Below, piece after piece: positions 40,099-51,900 of a stretch of DNA of 64,000 nucleotides. The stretch's first letter is position 1, and every line of letters begins with the position of its first letter. Source of the stretch: Tubiluchus corallicola. Lineage: Eukaryota > Animalia > Priapulida. The stretch is from the NCBI GenBank assembly GCA_030141605.1, contig JAQGDQ010002396.1, positions 48,597 through 112,596 on the forward strand, in the 5' to 3' direction. Both the position numbers and the translations under genes were made by a program. Below the pieces are notes generated by a model. The model was not told where the DNA came from, searched no databases, and saw only the letters and a list, made by a program, of their open reading frames with translations.

Positions 40099-42060
40099 TT
40101 AAGACTCTTTGCTGAGTCTTTTGTGGTTTTCAATCAACAGCTCTACAACCGCGGGTTCAGAGAGTGTTGAAATATCGCCCAGCTCTTTATATTGGCCGTG
40201 TGCGATCTTGCGTAAAATGCGCCGCATAATCTTTCCCGAGCGTGTTCGTGGAAGATTTTCTGCGAACTGGAATGTTTGCGGCAGTGCGAAAGCCCCTATT
40301 TTCGAGCGAATCATGGTTTTGATTTCGTCCAGAATGCTCTCCTCATAATTCACGCCAGTTTGTAGAGAGAAATAGGCGTAGATGGTTTCTCCTTTGACGT
40401 CGTGAGGAATTCCGACAACGGCGCTTTCGTTAACAATAGGAACAGAATTGATAGCGTCCTCCACCTCGGCGGTTCCTAGGCGTTTGCCGGCAATATTGAT
40501 CACGTCATCAACACGGCCTGTGATCCAATAGTCGCCGTCTGCGTCACGTCGCGCGCCATCGCCACTGAAATAGTAGCCTGGAAAACGTGAGAAATAGGTT
40601 TCTTCGAAGCGTTCGTGATTCTTGTAGAGAGTCCGCATTTGTCCTGGCCAAGAGTTCGCAAGGCACAAGAATCCCTCTCCTTCGCCTTCGATTTCTTCAC
40701 CGGCTTCGTTTAGAAGAACGGGTTGGACACCAAAAAACGGGCGTGTTGCCGAACCTGGTTTAAGATCTGTCACGCCTGGAAGAGGGGTAATGAGAATCCC
40801 GCCTGTTTCCGTTTGCCACCAGGTATCCACAATGGGGCAGCTTCCCTCTCCGACCACATGATAATACCATTCCCAAGCTTCCTGGTTAATCGGTTCTCCA
40901 ACTGATCCGAGCACCCGTAGCGAACGGCGGGAGGTGGCGTGAACGAACTCGTTGCCTTCTTTTTTCAGCATACGCACAACTGTAGGAGCCGTATAGAGGC
41001 TGTTTACCTCGTATTTATCTACCACATCCCAAATTCTTTGAGCTGTGGGATAATAAGGAATACCCTCAAAAATGACCGTTGAAGCGTTATTGAGAAGAGG
41101 GCCATAAACAGAATAGGTATGTCCTGTAATCCAGCCGATATCGGCTGTACACCAATAGATATCCTCTGGATGGTAATCGAAAATATATTTATGGGTAAAG
41201 GCGGCATAAACCAAGTAGCCTCCTGTCGTATGCAAGACGCCTTTAGGTTGACCGGTGGAACCGGAAGTATAAAGGATGAACAGGGGATCTTCGGCGCCCA
41301 TTTCCTCTGGCGGGCAATGGGGTTCCTCTTTGATGATTTCCTGATGGTACCACAAGTCACGCCCCGGGATCATAGAGACATCCGCGTGGTCTGTTCGTCG
41401 GGCTACAAAAACGGTTTTGACACTCTCGTTCCCTTTAAGGGCTTTATCTGCCTGCTCTTTTAGGGAGAAGAAGCGCTCTCCGCGGGCGGCTTTGTCAGAG
41501 GTGATCACACATGCGGCCTGGCAATCTTCAATACGATCTCGTAAAGCCTCTGCGGAAAAGCCCGCGAAGACAACGGAGTGAACGGCGCCAATACGCGTGC
41601 AAGCCAACATGGCGACCACAGCTTCGGGAATCATGGGCATGTAGATACAAATGCGATCGCCTTTCTTAAGGCCTTGGCGGCGCAGCGCGTTTGCGAAACA
41701 GCATACTTCATCATAAAGCTGACGATAGGTAAGGGATTTATTCTCTCCCTTACGGTTGCCTTCCCATAAGAGGGCGATTTTATTGCCGTTGGCGCTCAAA
41801 TGGCGATCAAGGCAATTGTAACAGGCGTTAAGGGTTCCATCCTCAAACCAGCGAATTGATATATTTCCCTGCTCGTAGCTGGCATTTTCCACCTTGGTAA
41901 AAGGGGTTATCCAGTCTAATCGTAAAGCTTTCTCTCTCCAGAAATTTTCTGGGTCTTGAACAGAGCGCTGATACATTTTTTCGTAGTTCTGTGAATCAAC
42001 CCAAGCCTTGCGGCGATAGTTTCCCTTATGGGAATATACATGTGTATTCTTATTTTCCAT
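40099..42060 (-). CDS. acs: Acetyl-CoA synthetase
   Basis: [22 protein letters not shown] and TRSGKIMRR motifs. Confidence 0.97.
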   Translation of the reverse strand: MENKNTHVYSHKGNYRRKAWVDSQNYEKMYQRSVQDPENFWREKALRLDWITPFTKVENASYEQGNISIRWFEDGTLNACYNCLDRHLSANGNKIALLWEGNRKGENKSLTYRQLYDEVCCFANALRRQGLKKGDRICIYMPMIPEAVVAMLACTRIGAVHSVVFAGFSAEALRDRIEDCQAACVITSDKAARGERFFSLKEQADKALKGNESVKTVFVARRTDHADVSMIPGRDLWYHQEIIKEEPHCPPEEMGAEDPLFILYTSGSTGQPKGVLHTTGGYLVYAAFTHKYIFDYHPEDIYWCTADIGWITGHTYSVYGPLLNNASTVIFEGIPYYPTAQRIWDVVDKYEVNSLYTAPTVVRMLKKEGNEFVHATSRRSLRVLGSVGEPINQEAWEWYYHVVGEGSCPIVDTWWQTETGGILITPLPGVTDLKPGSATRPFFGVQPVLLNEAGEEIEGEGEGFLCLANSWPGQMRTLYKNHERFEETYFSRFPGYYFSGDGARRDADGDYWITGRVDDVINIAGKRLGTAEVEDAINSVPIVNESAVVGIPHDVKGETIYAYFSLQTGVNYEESILDEIKTMIRSKIGAFALPQTFQFAENLPRTRSGKIMRRILRKIAHGQYKELGDISTLSEPAVVELLIENHKRLSKES

Positions 42061-42236
42061 TGCTCCCTATCCTTTTAAAAATAAAATTTTAAATTATACG
42101 GGAAAAGCGTGGTATTCGTCAATTACAAAGAAAAAAATCTTTTATTAACCAAAGATTTACGCATTATTTTCTTGGGATTTTGTTTGGCGAAGATACTGTG
42201 GAAGAGACTGCGGAATTATCGATATACACTCTGCCT

Positions 42237-43910
42237 GGAGGGTTCCAAGTTTTAACCGCAAACACGCTCCGCCCACTCTGCACACGCTAAGTTGTTGTAT
42301 ATAAAGCTATTACTCGCTGTTTCTTATAGTTCGTTTTAACCGACTGAGAGAAAGGAGTTTTCAGCTGATTTCCCGATATTTCCCGATTTTGTAAATCGGA
42401 CGAAGCTCTTTTTCTTCAAACCCTATCGAGCGTAACATCTCAACACCAATGACGAGTTACAACAGTATCTCTCAAAGCCTTTACTTGTCATGATTTGCAC
42501 CATGTTATAACCGGACTCGGCACGAGAAAGCTCCACTCTGATTTAACCGAGAAATCTGCTTAATCATGCTTCCCGTTTCCTGCGCCACATTTCGGTTTGT
42601 ATGGGAGGGTTCCATAATTGCTATGCTGCCGCTGGAAGTTGGGAAACACGCCGGTAAGAGCGCAGCAAACCGCCCAACCGGTTAAACTCAACAATCTCTC
42701 CATTTTCATCCTGAGGATATGGCTCAATCATTTTTCCTCCCAGCCCTCGGTGCGGGCGCTCATGGTTGTAGTGTTCAATGTACTCCTTCACAATGTAGCG
42801 AAGCTGCTTTTCGCTGGTAACAATCATCTTGTTGATGCACTCAGTCTTAATGCTTTTCACGAAGGACTCCGCAAAGGAATTCATAACCGGCATGAATGCA
42901 GGTAACCGCTTGATTTTGACACCGGAGCCTTCCATGATGGCATCAAACTGCTTGGTGTAGAGCGGGTCACGATCATGAATCAGATATTTCTTACCCAGAA
43001 GAAAACCGTCGAAGGCATCGGTCTGGTTTCTCGCCATCTGCGCCATCCATTTGCCGTCTGGATCATGTGCGATACCGGCCATCTCAACCTTGCGGGTCTT
43101 GATATCAATGAAAAACAGAACCATATACCTGAGCAGAGCTGTTGGTGTCATGACCTCCACCGTGAAAAAGTCCGTTGCCGCCAATGAATCCATGTGTGAG
43201 GAGATAAAGCGCTCCCAGTCGATCCGTTTCTTCTGCTCGGGATCTGGAACGATTCCATAATCATCCAGCACCCGTTTAACCGTGGAAGCGGAAACCTTCA
43301 TTCCCAGATAATCCATGGTGGAGGCAATGCGTTTGTAGCCCCATGACGGGTTCCGCTTAGCAAATTTCAGAATGGCATCGATGTATTCCTGCGGGACAGG
43401 CTTGGGGCCCCGTTTGTTTTCAGGTGAGCTTTTTGAGCTGTCATACTTCTGACCGACCAGATCCCGGTGCCAGCCAAGAATGGTTTCCGGTTTGAATATT
43501 CCGGCAACGTCTTCCAAGGCATGTTTGTCCAAGGAGATCGCCTTCTGAGACAGTCGCTTTTTCTGCTGACTTGAGAGTTTGACTTGCTTGCAGTGAAAAT
43601 CATCCCTGAGCACCTCCCGCAAAACAGAATTCTCCTCCATGCAGTATTCCAGCGACCTTTGCAGGTTAAGAAGAAGATCCTTGGTCGTGTCGTCAGAAAC
43701 GCCTTTTATGATGGCTTTAAATTTGTTGTAGGTTTCTTGGATCATGAATTTTCTCCGTTAAGGTGTTCTGTTTTCAGCTACAAGCATCACCGAAACGGAA
43801 TTCCGTGTAAGTCGGCTGTACTTCCCTTTATCGTTGCCTTTGTGTCACAAGTTTTGTCGTGAGTTTGTCGCGAATTTCTGTCACAGCTGTTGTCATAGTA
43901 ATGTCACAGC
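42237..43910 (-). mobile_element. IS-like element at the left edge of the defence island (ends uncertain)
   Basis: rve transposase, GGAGGGTTCCA direct repeats at 42237 and 42604, TGTCRY array at 43843-43907. Confidence 0.5.
42621..43745 (-). CDS. Integrase core (rve) DDE transposase
   Basis: NPSWGYKRI HTH, ATDFFT (D), IHDRD (D), AESFV (E) and HYNHERPH motifs. Confidence 0.9.
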   Translation of the reverse strand: MIQETYNKFKAIIKGVSDDTTKDLLLNLQRSLEYCMEENSVLREVLRDDFHCKQVKLSSQQKKRLSQKAISLDKHALEDVAGIFKPETILGWHRDLVGQKYDSSKSSPENKRGPKPVPQEYIDAILKFAKRNPSWGYKRIASTMDYLGMKVSASTVKRVLDDYGIVPDPEQKKRIDWERFISSHMDSLAATDFFTVEVMTPTALLRYMVLFFIDIKTRKVEMAGIAHDPDGKWMAQMARNQTDAFDGFLLGKKYLIHDRDPLYTKQFDAIMEGSGVKIKRLPAFMPVMNSFAESFVKSIKTECINKMIVTSEKQLRYIVKEYIEHYNHERPHRGLGGKMIEPYPQDENGEIVEFNRLGGLLRSYRRVSQLPAAA

Positions 43911-43933
43911 TCTGCATTGAAGAATCAGGGAGA

Positions 43934-44995
43934 CTATTCACCATCCTTGTGTTCTATTTGTTTAAGCAGCCGATCAAAGTCACTTTCAAAGAGCCGATCC
44001 TGAATGATACGGTATTTCTCAAATTCACTTTCGGCATGAGCCTTGGCGATTTCTGCCGTAACCTTTCCCGCATCCCGCAGGATGTCACGGTCGGTCGCTT
44101 CGATGAATTTGTTCAGGCGTGTTTCCCAATCCTGCATGGTCATCGGCATCTTGCGCAGGGCCATGTCCTCGGCCACATCCAGATAGGCGTTCACCAGCCT
44201 GGTCAGTTGAGCCATTTCATTTTCGGTCAGGTAATTCTTGGCTACACTGACATCAAACTTCTGGATTTTTCCTTTCGGAGCGTCTTTCCAGGTCGTCAGG
44301 CCCATGTATTGTTTTTGATGATCAGCCCGATCGACAATCACTTCGGCAGCCGTCTGGCCGTGAATCGCCCAGTGCAGTTTGTTCTGCACCGTGGCAAAGA
44401 AACGCTTGGTGGCCTGAGCTGTCACGTCATAGTCGATAGATGTTGCGTAAATGTCGGTAATCTTCTGATAGAACTTACGCTCAGAGAGACGGATCTCCCG
44501 GATACGTTCCAGCTGCTCTTCAAAATATTGATCCGTTAGAATGGAACCACCGCTTTTGATGCGCTCATCGTCCATCACATAGGCTTTGATGGTGTATTCC
44601 TTTATGATGGTGGTTGCCCATTTACGGAACTGCACAGCTCGTTCCGAATTGACCTTGTAACCGACGGCGATGATGGCCGAGAGATTATAGTGCTTGGTGT
44701 TATAGTTTTTACCGTCAGCGGCAGTTATTCGAAAATTTCGAATAACTGAATTTTCTTCCAACTCACTGTCTGAAAACACCTTTTTCAGATGGTAATTGAC
44801 GGTGTGGGTTTCAACATCGTAGAGAACCCCCATCATTTTTTGGGTCAGCCATATGTTTTCATCCGCGTAAACAGCCTCCACGCCGCCTTGCCCGCTTGCA
44901 GCGACAAAGGTCAGATATTCTGCCGCCGAGGAACGGACAATGGATGTCTCTTTTTGTCCTGCTTTCGGAAGTTGTTTGTTTTTATCCTTCTTCAT
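43934..44995 (-). CDS. RhuM family protein
   Basis: IWLTQKMM, HYNLSAIIAVGYKVNSERAVQFRKWA and RIREIRLSER motifs. Confidence 0.88.
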   Translation of the reverse strand: MKKDKNKQLPKAGQKETSIVRSSAAEYLTFVAASGQGGVEAVYADENIWLTQKMMGVLYDVETHTVNYHLKKVFSDSELEENSVIRNFRITAADGKNYNTKHYNLSAIIAVGYKVNSERAVQFRKWATTIIKEYTIKAYVMDDERIKSGGSILTDQYFEEQLERIREIRLSERKFYQKITDIYATSIDYDVTAQATKRFFATVQNKLHWAIHGQTAAEVIVDRADHQKQYMGLTTWKDAPKGKIQKFDVSVAKNYLTENEMAQLTRLVNAYLDVAEDMALRKMPMTMQDWETRLNKFIEATDRDILRDAGKVTAEIAKAHAESEFEKYRIIQDRLFESDFDRLLKQIEHKDGE

Positions 44996-45582
44996 TCAAC
45001 CCCTCCCCAGTTTTGATACCTGTCCCGGGACCAGTGGAGGTATTTCATCAATTCCCAGTTGACCGATCCGGAATCAAATTGCTCGCTGTCGTAATCGCCA
45101 CCGGACCATTCCATGTAACTTTCGTGCTCTTCATGGCTCGGGTCCTTCAGGGCGTTGCAGAATTCAAAGTAGCCGGGGACGCTACCCACATCTTCAGGTG
45201 GACAAGCCCGTTCGCCTTCAAGGCAGGCCATCTCCGTTCTCATGTCCGGATTGAAATAGCGGTTTTCTTCGAGAACAAGCTCATGTTCCCAACTGTCACC
45301 GAAATCATACAGGTAACGGAAGGTGCGGCCTTTCTGTTTGATCAGATCTCCAAGACGGTATCGTCCGCAGACCAGCCCGTCTTCTTTCGATTCAGGGTAT
45401 TCGGTGTAGCGTTTATTCCCGATGGTAAACTCGTGCAGATGGCTGTCGGTCCAACCCATGACAACCTGGATGACATCGTGCAGCCGGTCCAGCGTGATAC
45501 TGGCGGGCACTACAAAATGCCGCCAGATTGCCGGTTCAATATCAAGCAGTTGTATTTTCAGCTGATAAAATCGCTCGTTCAT
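44992..45582 (-). CDS. Plasmid pRiA4b ORF-3 family protein
   Basis: GWTDSHLHEF, YLYDFGDSWEH and GERACPPED motifs. Confidence 0.88.
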   Translation of the reverse strand: MNERFYQLKIQLLDIEPAIWRHFVVPASITLDRLHDVIQVVMGWTDSHLHEFTIGNKRYTEYPESKEDGLVCGRYRLGDLIKQKGRTFRYLYDFGDSWEHELVLEENRYFNPDMRTEMACLEGERACPPEDVGSVPGYFEFCNALKDPSHEEHESYMEWSGGDYDSEQFDSGSVNWELMKYLHWSRDRYQNWGGVE

Positions 45583-46931
45583 TTTTTTACCTCATATTTT
45601 GACCAGAAGCTTCGTTTGCGACCATGTGCCTCAATGATCTGTGCTTTGAAAGCTTCGTGATGATTAAATTTTTTCCAGTCAGCGACGTTTGCCGCCAGTT
45701 TGTCCAGCTTCTTCAGGTACTGGATACCATGGGGATAGGCTTTGGTATATCCGCGCTCCAGAATAGAAATCAGCAGACTTCGGCAGATCAGACTGGTAAC
45801 AAGGTGGCGGTTTTCTGCCTCCATTGTCTCGGCTAAAGAGAGCAAACTTCCGTAATGATTGCCATCAAGCTGATAAGCACGTTTCAGGAGATATACTTCA
45901 GCTTCATCTATCTTTCCGACTGCAATCAGAAATTCCGCATCAGATTCCCGGAGCCTGTCAGATTTGAGAATCTGCTCAACCTCATCAGCAACCACTTCAT
46001 CCTTTTTGTCATGACCGATAACATCCAGAAGCGCCTGCAGGGCTTCGGTGGAATGATAGGATCTGAATTTCTGGAACAGGAGCTCCGTCAGTTTTTCAGA
46101 ATCGCCCTGCTTGTGGTAGATCTCCTCCAGCAGCTTATCCCGTTCGTATGCCTGAAAAGTGTCGCCTTCCGGGGTTTTCTTGAGCCATGAATGAGCCGTC
46201 TCGACATCGCCGCTTTCAAGGTAGACTCGGGAAATATCGACAAGCGCTGCAGAATTTAGCTTCCCCCATGAAGCAATGCGGGTCTTTTCAAACAGCTTGG
46301 CATCCTTGATCTGACGGGCCAGTGATTCGATGGATCTTAGATGATGCCGCTTGCCGTATTCATCCTTTTCTTTGTCCGCCCACTTTTGAAGCGTGGCAAT
46401 CATGTTACGAATAATCGATTCAGGCAGACATTCCCCGGCACAATCAATCAAGGTATCCCGGATGCCGTAGTTGTCCTTCTGGTTCACCTTGAGAATGATG
46501 TCTGCAACTTTTTGTCTTTCTTCACATCGCTTGGCATACTCCAAAAAAAGCTCTTTGGCATCATAGCGGAACACATCACCAATGTTGCCGCTGGAGTCAT
46601 CGCACATCTCAAAAATGGTATTGTCGGCATCATAAAAAGCAGCCACCAGTTCAACGCCTGTAAGCGGATCGTCCACACCGGATTTCAGATCCTGCAATAG
46701 CATTTCCAGTTCACGGGCGAAACTGGCAACGCCCCCCCAATCGATAAAGCGCCTCGAATTTTTCAGGCCGGAAAGTTTCTTTTTGAATCGCTGCACATTT
46801 TCCTTAGGCGTGGCAATCATCTGTTCAATCAGGTCGTCAGCTTTATCTGAGTGAACGGCAAGGTTCAACAAAGTATCGGCCAGAGCATCTGGACCCAAAT
46901 CAATCAGTTTTTGTTTGCGTGAATCAGTCAT
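45579..46931 (-). CDS. Helical hypothetical protein (DUF6880-like)
   Basis: CDDSSGNIGDVF, DNYGIRD and C-terminal HGRKRSFW; ATG 46931 overlaps the end of the upstream gene. Confidence 0.6.
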   Translation of the reverse strand: MTDSRKQKLIDLGPDALADTLLNLAVHSDKADDLIEQMIATPKENVQRFKKKLSGLKNSRRFIDWGGVASFARELEMLLQDLKSGVDDPLTGVELVAAFYDADNTIFEMCDDSSGNIGDVFRYDAKELFLEYAKRCEERQKVADIILKVNQKDNYGIRDTLIDCAGECLPESIIRNMIATLQKWADKEKDEYGKRHHLRSIESLARQIKDAKLFEKTRIASWGKLNSAALVDISRVYLESGDVETAHSWLKKTPEGDTFQAYERDKLLEEIYHKQGDSEKLTELLFQKFRSYHSTEALQALLDVIGHDKKDEVVADEVEQILKSDRLRESDAEFLIAVGKIDEAEVYLLKRAYQLDGNHYGSLLSLAETMEAENRHLVTSLICRSLLISILERGYTKAYPHGIQYLKKLDKLAANVADWKKFNHHEAFKAQIIEAHGRKRSFWSKYEVKK

Positions 46932-48942
46932 TTGGCAATCCTCCCACCTTTTCACAACCCGGGCTGGATTGCAGAAGGTCCTTCCAACCTTCATAAATCA
47001 TGACCATTGCCATGGTATCCAATTCGCAATATTTGAGCAGAGCCTTCCGGATCTCTTCACGCTCATATTCCGACATTTCCTCAAACTGCATCCGGGCATA
47101 AGCGGTCAGGGCTGCACCACCATCCCGCAGCTCATCATCGTCACTCAAGATGCCCATATCTTTGTCCGAGATATCCTGAAACATTTTCGGCAGCATTTTG
47201 TATGGGTCGGCAACCTTCCCATCCTTGATTTTGATCCACTGCCAGTCTTTGAAGTTGATACTCGGGATTCCATCAATTGCGCCGTAGATAGGCTTTGAAT
47301 ATTTATCCTGCAGAAAGGCCGAACTGTTCAGGATTGCCGGGAGTACCTGTTTGATTGAGTTGGAGCCATTAGTGGCCGGGTCGTAATAGTAGCGCTTAAC
47401 AATTTCCCACATGTCGACCATGTTGCGCTCGCCGGTCCACTGCTCAACAGAGTCCTTCACGGCTTGGGTGATGGACCTGATGAACGCGCACAATTCATCC
47501 CGGTCTTCAATTTCCTGCTGATCAGCCTGAAGTTGGCAGTAAATCATGTTGAGGAACGTGTTTTCATGGTTGGAGTAGCGGAAGATGCTGCCGTTGTCAT
47601 TTTCAAGCTGAGCCTTCAGAGTTCTCACAAATTCATAATTTGGAAACGCTCCCTGTTCCGTATTCAAATACTCACCGAAATGCTCCACGGTGCCATCTTC
47701 GTGAACAATATGATGGGAAAACTGAAACGCGATCCCCTCGTAAGGTCTGCGACCTGCATTAAACGGTATGGCCACCATGGTGGTTTCAAAGTCGATGAAA
47801 TGGAGCGGAAACACCCAGCTGCTCATCTCGCTTTGCAGGCTTTCCTGATCCAGCCAGATCAAAGTGTCACCGTTCTGGTATTTCTCAATCTGAAGCCACT
47901 GGCGTTCGCTGGCAGAGATGCCCGGCTTTTTGTCGGGCTTAGGAACCACATCCTCCTCGGTAAGGTCGGACATCTTGATGCAGCCAGACTCAATGAGCTT
48001 GGCCTTTTTTCTAAAGTTCCAGACATCGAGCACGGTTGGACTCTCGAAATCCTCGTCCTTCCAACCCAGATTCGCTTTCCAGCATTCTTTCTTTCCGCTC
48101 AGCAAGCCGGACGGCTCCTCGCCGTCCTTTGTATAGAACTCGCAGCTTGAACAGTTGGTTGATACTGGTGACGGTATTTTTATATCCGAAGCATAGTGCT
48201 CTGCAAACAGATCAACCCGCTGTGTAAAGCTAAGGGCCTGATCACTGCCGCCATCTGTACCGGCATAAATCTGCTCGCATTCGGTATCAACATTTACCTT
48301 GCAGAGAATCGGCGGTGTCAGATCCGCGTCGGTCAGGGTTTCCGATACCGATACCGACTTGCGTCCATTGGCGTCCTTCACCAACCGAAACTTCTGGTTA
48401 AGTCCATCGGTCGGACAGGTCGCTGATTTATCGGCCATCATGAGGTGGGCGGAGACAGAATATTGAGGCAGCGCCTGATTGATCACATATTTCTGAAAGG
48501 CCACATCGTAGAGGTAGGAGTTCCAGCCTGATTTGATCGTCCCGTTTTTATTGGCAAACGGGTCTTCAGCGTCGGGATCAAAGGATTTGGCTTTCACCTC
48601 ATAGAGGCTGAGGCGATTACCGTTTTTAACCAGAATATCCGCACGGATGAATAGTGTGTCGGTCGCTATTGCCGCTTCGTAAATGGTTACCTGATCCAGT
48701 TGCAGGAGTCTGTTGGTTTCAGCGAGAGCTTGGTCATAATCCAGTGTTTTGATATTATGACCACCGGGGAAGTAACATTTAGCCAGGTCACCCACCTGAA
48801 AGCCGCCATCAGCCAGCGCAAGAAGGAAACTGTCATCAAGGTTCTGGTTGGCGTACTCGCTTTTTCCGGTGTAGAAGAGTTTGGTCGGGCACTCTGTTGC
48901 CAGCTTGAATCTGGATTTTGTCAGATATCTCCTTTTTGCCAT
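46924..48942 (-). CDS. DUF2779-type protein: PD-(D/E)xK nuclease plus RNase H/DEDD-like domain
   Basis: LTKSRFK..ECP, RADIL...EVK, DVAFQ, CSSC...C, FIDFET, FQFSHH, SIKQVLP and YCELDT motifs. Confidence 0.75.
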   Translation of the reverse strand: MAKRRYLTKSRFKLATECPTKLFYTGKSEYANQNLDDSFLLALADGGFQVGDLAKCYFPGGHNIKTLDYDQALAETNRLLQLDQVTIYEAAIATDTLFIRADILVKNGNRLSLYEVKAKSFDPDAEDPFANKNGTIKSGWNSYLYDVAFQKYVINQALPQYSVSAHLMMADKSATCPTDGLNQKFRLVKDANGRKSVSVSETLTDADLTPPILCKVNVDTECEQIYAGTDGGSDQALSFTQRVDLFAEHYASDIKIPSPVSTNCSSCEFYTKDGEEPSGLLSGKKECWKANLGWKDEDFESPTVLDVWNFRKKAKLIESGCIKMSDLTEEDVVPKPDKKPGISASERQWLQIEKYQNGDTLIWLDQESLQSEMSSWVFPLHFIDFETTMVAIPFNAGRRPYEGIAFQFSHHIVHEDGTVEHFGEYLNTEQGAFPNYEFVRTLKAQLENDNGSIFRYSNHENTFLNMIYCQLQADQQEIEDRDELCAFIRSITQAVKDSVEQWTGERNMVDMWEIVKRYYYDPATNGSNSIKQVLPAILNSSAFLQDKYSKPIYGAIDGIPSINFKDWQWIKIKDGKVADPYKMLPKMFQDISDKDMGILSDDDELRDGGAALTAYARMQFEEMSEYEREEIRKALLKYCELDTMAMVMIYEGWKDLLQSSPGCEKVGGLPND

Positions 48943-48957
48943 CAGTATCTCTCCCTG

Positions 48958-51900
48958 TTATTCACCTTTAACCACCTTTGTACATCCCGGGCCGGACAGC
49001 GAGCTGCGGCCGCCGGAGACTGGTGTAATATTTATCTGGGTGCTGATACTTTCTTTCAGTGCAGATACATGGGAGATGATTCCGATCAGCTTGCCATCCT
49101 GCTGCAGGCCGGACAAGGTTTCCAGAGCGGTCTCCAGAGCTTCTTCATCCAAGGTGCCGAAGCCTTCATCCAGAAACAGGGAATCCACCCGTACTTTCCG
49201 GCTGGCCATTTTCGACAACCCCAATGCCAGCGTCAGGCTGACAATAAAGCTTTCACCGCCTGACAGGTTCTTGGTCGACCGGATTTCACCGGCCTGATAG
49301 TTATCAACGACATTCAGTTCCAGCGGCTGTTGATCATCACGGATCAGCAGATAGCGATCGGTCATTTTTTCCAACTGCCGGTTGACATGGGAAACCATCA
49401 GCTCAAAAGTCAGTCCCTGAGCAAAATTCCGGTACTTTTTACCATCAGCTGAACCGATGAGGCCATGCAACTTTTCCCAACGATGGCACTCTTTCTTCTG
49501 AGCCTCAATGGCGGACTGCTTTTCCTTTATCCGCTCTTTGGCTGCCGTATTTTCACTCAGCTTGTGCTTAAGCCCGGCAATGGCGTCGCGCAATTCTTTC
49601 AGGGACTCTTCAAATTTTTTGAACTGCGGTTCCAGTTCCTCAAGCGTCTTATCCGTGAGCTTTTTGGCAATCTCTGTGGCCAGACGCGTCTCCCGGTCTT
49701 TCTGTTTCGCTTTGAGCTCCGTTCCCGCGTCATCGAGCTCCTTGGCCCGGGAAGATAAAGATTCCAGATCTTCCTGCGGCAGTATGGCTTCGAGGAAGGC
49801 TTTCTCTTCCGCAAAGCCTGCCGGAATCAGAGCGGCTGAAAAGTCGGTTTCCGATTGTTCCAATTCTGGCGTTCTTTGCTCGATGCGCTTCTTCAGGGAG
49901 TCAATAAGGGTCTTAGCCGTTGTCAGTTTCTGCTGCAGCTCGATGTTCAGGTCTCTGGCGTTCTTCTCGGCCTTTTCGGCATCGGCAATGGCTTTGTTCA
50001 ATCGGCCTTCTTCATCATCAGGCTTTTTATCGCCATACAATTGCTTCCGCTCTTCTGTTCCGTCGGCCAGTTCCTTTTTGAGTCGTTCCAGAGTTTCCTG
50101 TTTTTCATTCAGAGCCTTGACCTGCGTATCAATCACGGCATCAAGACGCTTCACTTCGCTGTCGATGTTGGCAATCTGTTTTTCGATATCGGCCTTTTGT
50201 TTTGCCTGTTCCTGCCATGCCTTCAACCTTGATTTGAGGGATTCAAGCAGCGCCTTAACCTCTGTCTCCGGTATTTCAGTAATGCCAAGTGGCTGGAGTT
50301 TCCCGGAAACTGTCTGCTTGAGTTCCTCAAAACCGGTCCGAAGCTTCGTGAGAGCATCCTTCAATTCCGTAAGGGTCTTTTCAGTGGCCTTTTTGTCATT
50401 GGCCGCTTCGGTTTCCAGCTTCTCGCTGTCATTCAGATTTTTACGGGCAGCGGTTTCCGCCTGTTCCAGCTTTTTGATGGCGGCTTCCTGCTCGTCCGCC
50501 TTATCGATCAGCTTGGCCAGCGATTCTATCTTTTGCTCGATCTCATCGGGAACCGGAACATTACCCTCAGCAAAAGGATGGTCGGTCGAGCCACAGAGTG
50601 GACAGGGTTTGCCGTCTTCCAGTTTGGCCCGGTGGTCTTCAAGCTCCTCGATTTTCCTGATGAAAGCCATTTCTCGAAGAAGGGTTTCCTTCTCGGTGCG
50701 ATACTCCCGGAGCAGTTTGTCGCCCAGTAATTCGCTCAGAGCATCCTTGCCTTGCTGTAGATTTTTACCAGCCGTCTCCAGTTCCTGTTTCTTGAGCCCA
50801 CATTGCTTGGAGGCTTCATCCAGTTTCTTTGTGGCATCTGCTACGGTCGTATCGGCTTTTTTGAGATCGGTTTTTTTCTGCGTGATCTCCTGTTGTTTGG
50901 CGAGCAGGCTGCCGAACTGTTCTTCAACACCGGCCAGTCCACTGATCAACCATTCATCCCGGGCGTTTTCGTTGAGGTACAGATCTGCAGCCTCCAACGT
51001 TTTCTCTGCAGCAATCCGTTTTTCCTGTTCCTTCACCCGGGCCTGTTTGTCGGTATCAATCTTTGCGGCTTCCTTGGTACAAGCATCAGCGCCTTCCGAT
51101 ACCGCCTTTGTTTGTTCAGTGTTTTTTTGATCAAGTGACCGGATTTTCAGGATAAGCGGGGCTGCTGTTTTTAGCTCCTCTTTGGCTTTCAGGGTGAGCT
51201 GTTCAGCAGCCTTGAGAGCCTCTGTTTGTGTATTTTCAGATGATTCAAGCTCAGGAAGTGCGTCTTCATCCGTTTTCAGGGCGGTCTGATCGTCGGCTTG
51301 CTGCTTGCGGAGGGATGTTACGCTCACGTATGTTCCGTCCAGAGACGCGGCCTTGGTGGCAAGTTCAAGTTTGGCCCGTTCCGGTTTGAAGGCTTCGGTG
51401 TCGGTCTTCAGTTTGGCGGCTTCATCCGTAAGGCTGAGGATCTCCTTTTTCAAGTTCTCAATATTGGTCAGCCATGTGATGGCTTTGCCTGTTTCGGTTG
51501 ATTTACCGGCAAGCTCAGTCTCCTGTTTCTGCTTGGCCGCAAGTTCGTCCTGAATTTCCTTTTCCTGTTCGGGCTCGAGAATCACAATGCCGGATGTTTC
51601 GGCATTCAGGATGTTGAGCTTTTCCCGCTCATCACGCTGGCGCTCATGAACGCGCCGTGAGATTTCCGAATAAATTTCCGTGCCGGTGATCTGCTCGAGG
51701 ATCTTGGATTTCTGTTCCACGTCAGCTTTCAGGAAGGTATCGAACCCGCCTTGTGCCAAAAGAATGGAGCGGGTGAAGCGATCGAAGTCCATCCCGGTTT
51801 TTTCTTCAATGACACCGCCAACAAGGCTCTTCTTGGTTTCGATGGGTTTGCCCGTAGCATCGTCTGCAATCTGGTGCTCCTGATCCTGCAGGTTGCCTTC

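Noticed and set aside
42061-42240. tRNA as island integration site
   Set aside because: No cloverleaf or T-loop/CCA pattern recognised at this border
43859-45660. Plus-strand ORFs of 226 and 254 aa
   Set aside because: Antisense to the well-supported RhuM and pRiA4b ORF-3 genes
49508-51130. 540-aa plus-strand ORF
   Set aside because: Ser/Phe-rich antisense shadow of the SbcC coiled coil; no motifs of its own
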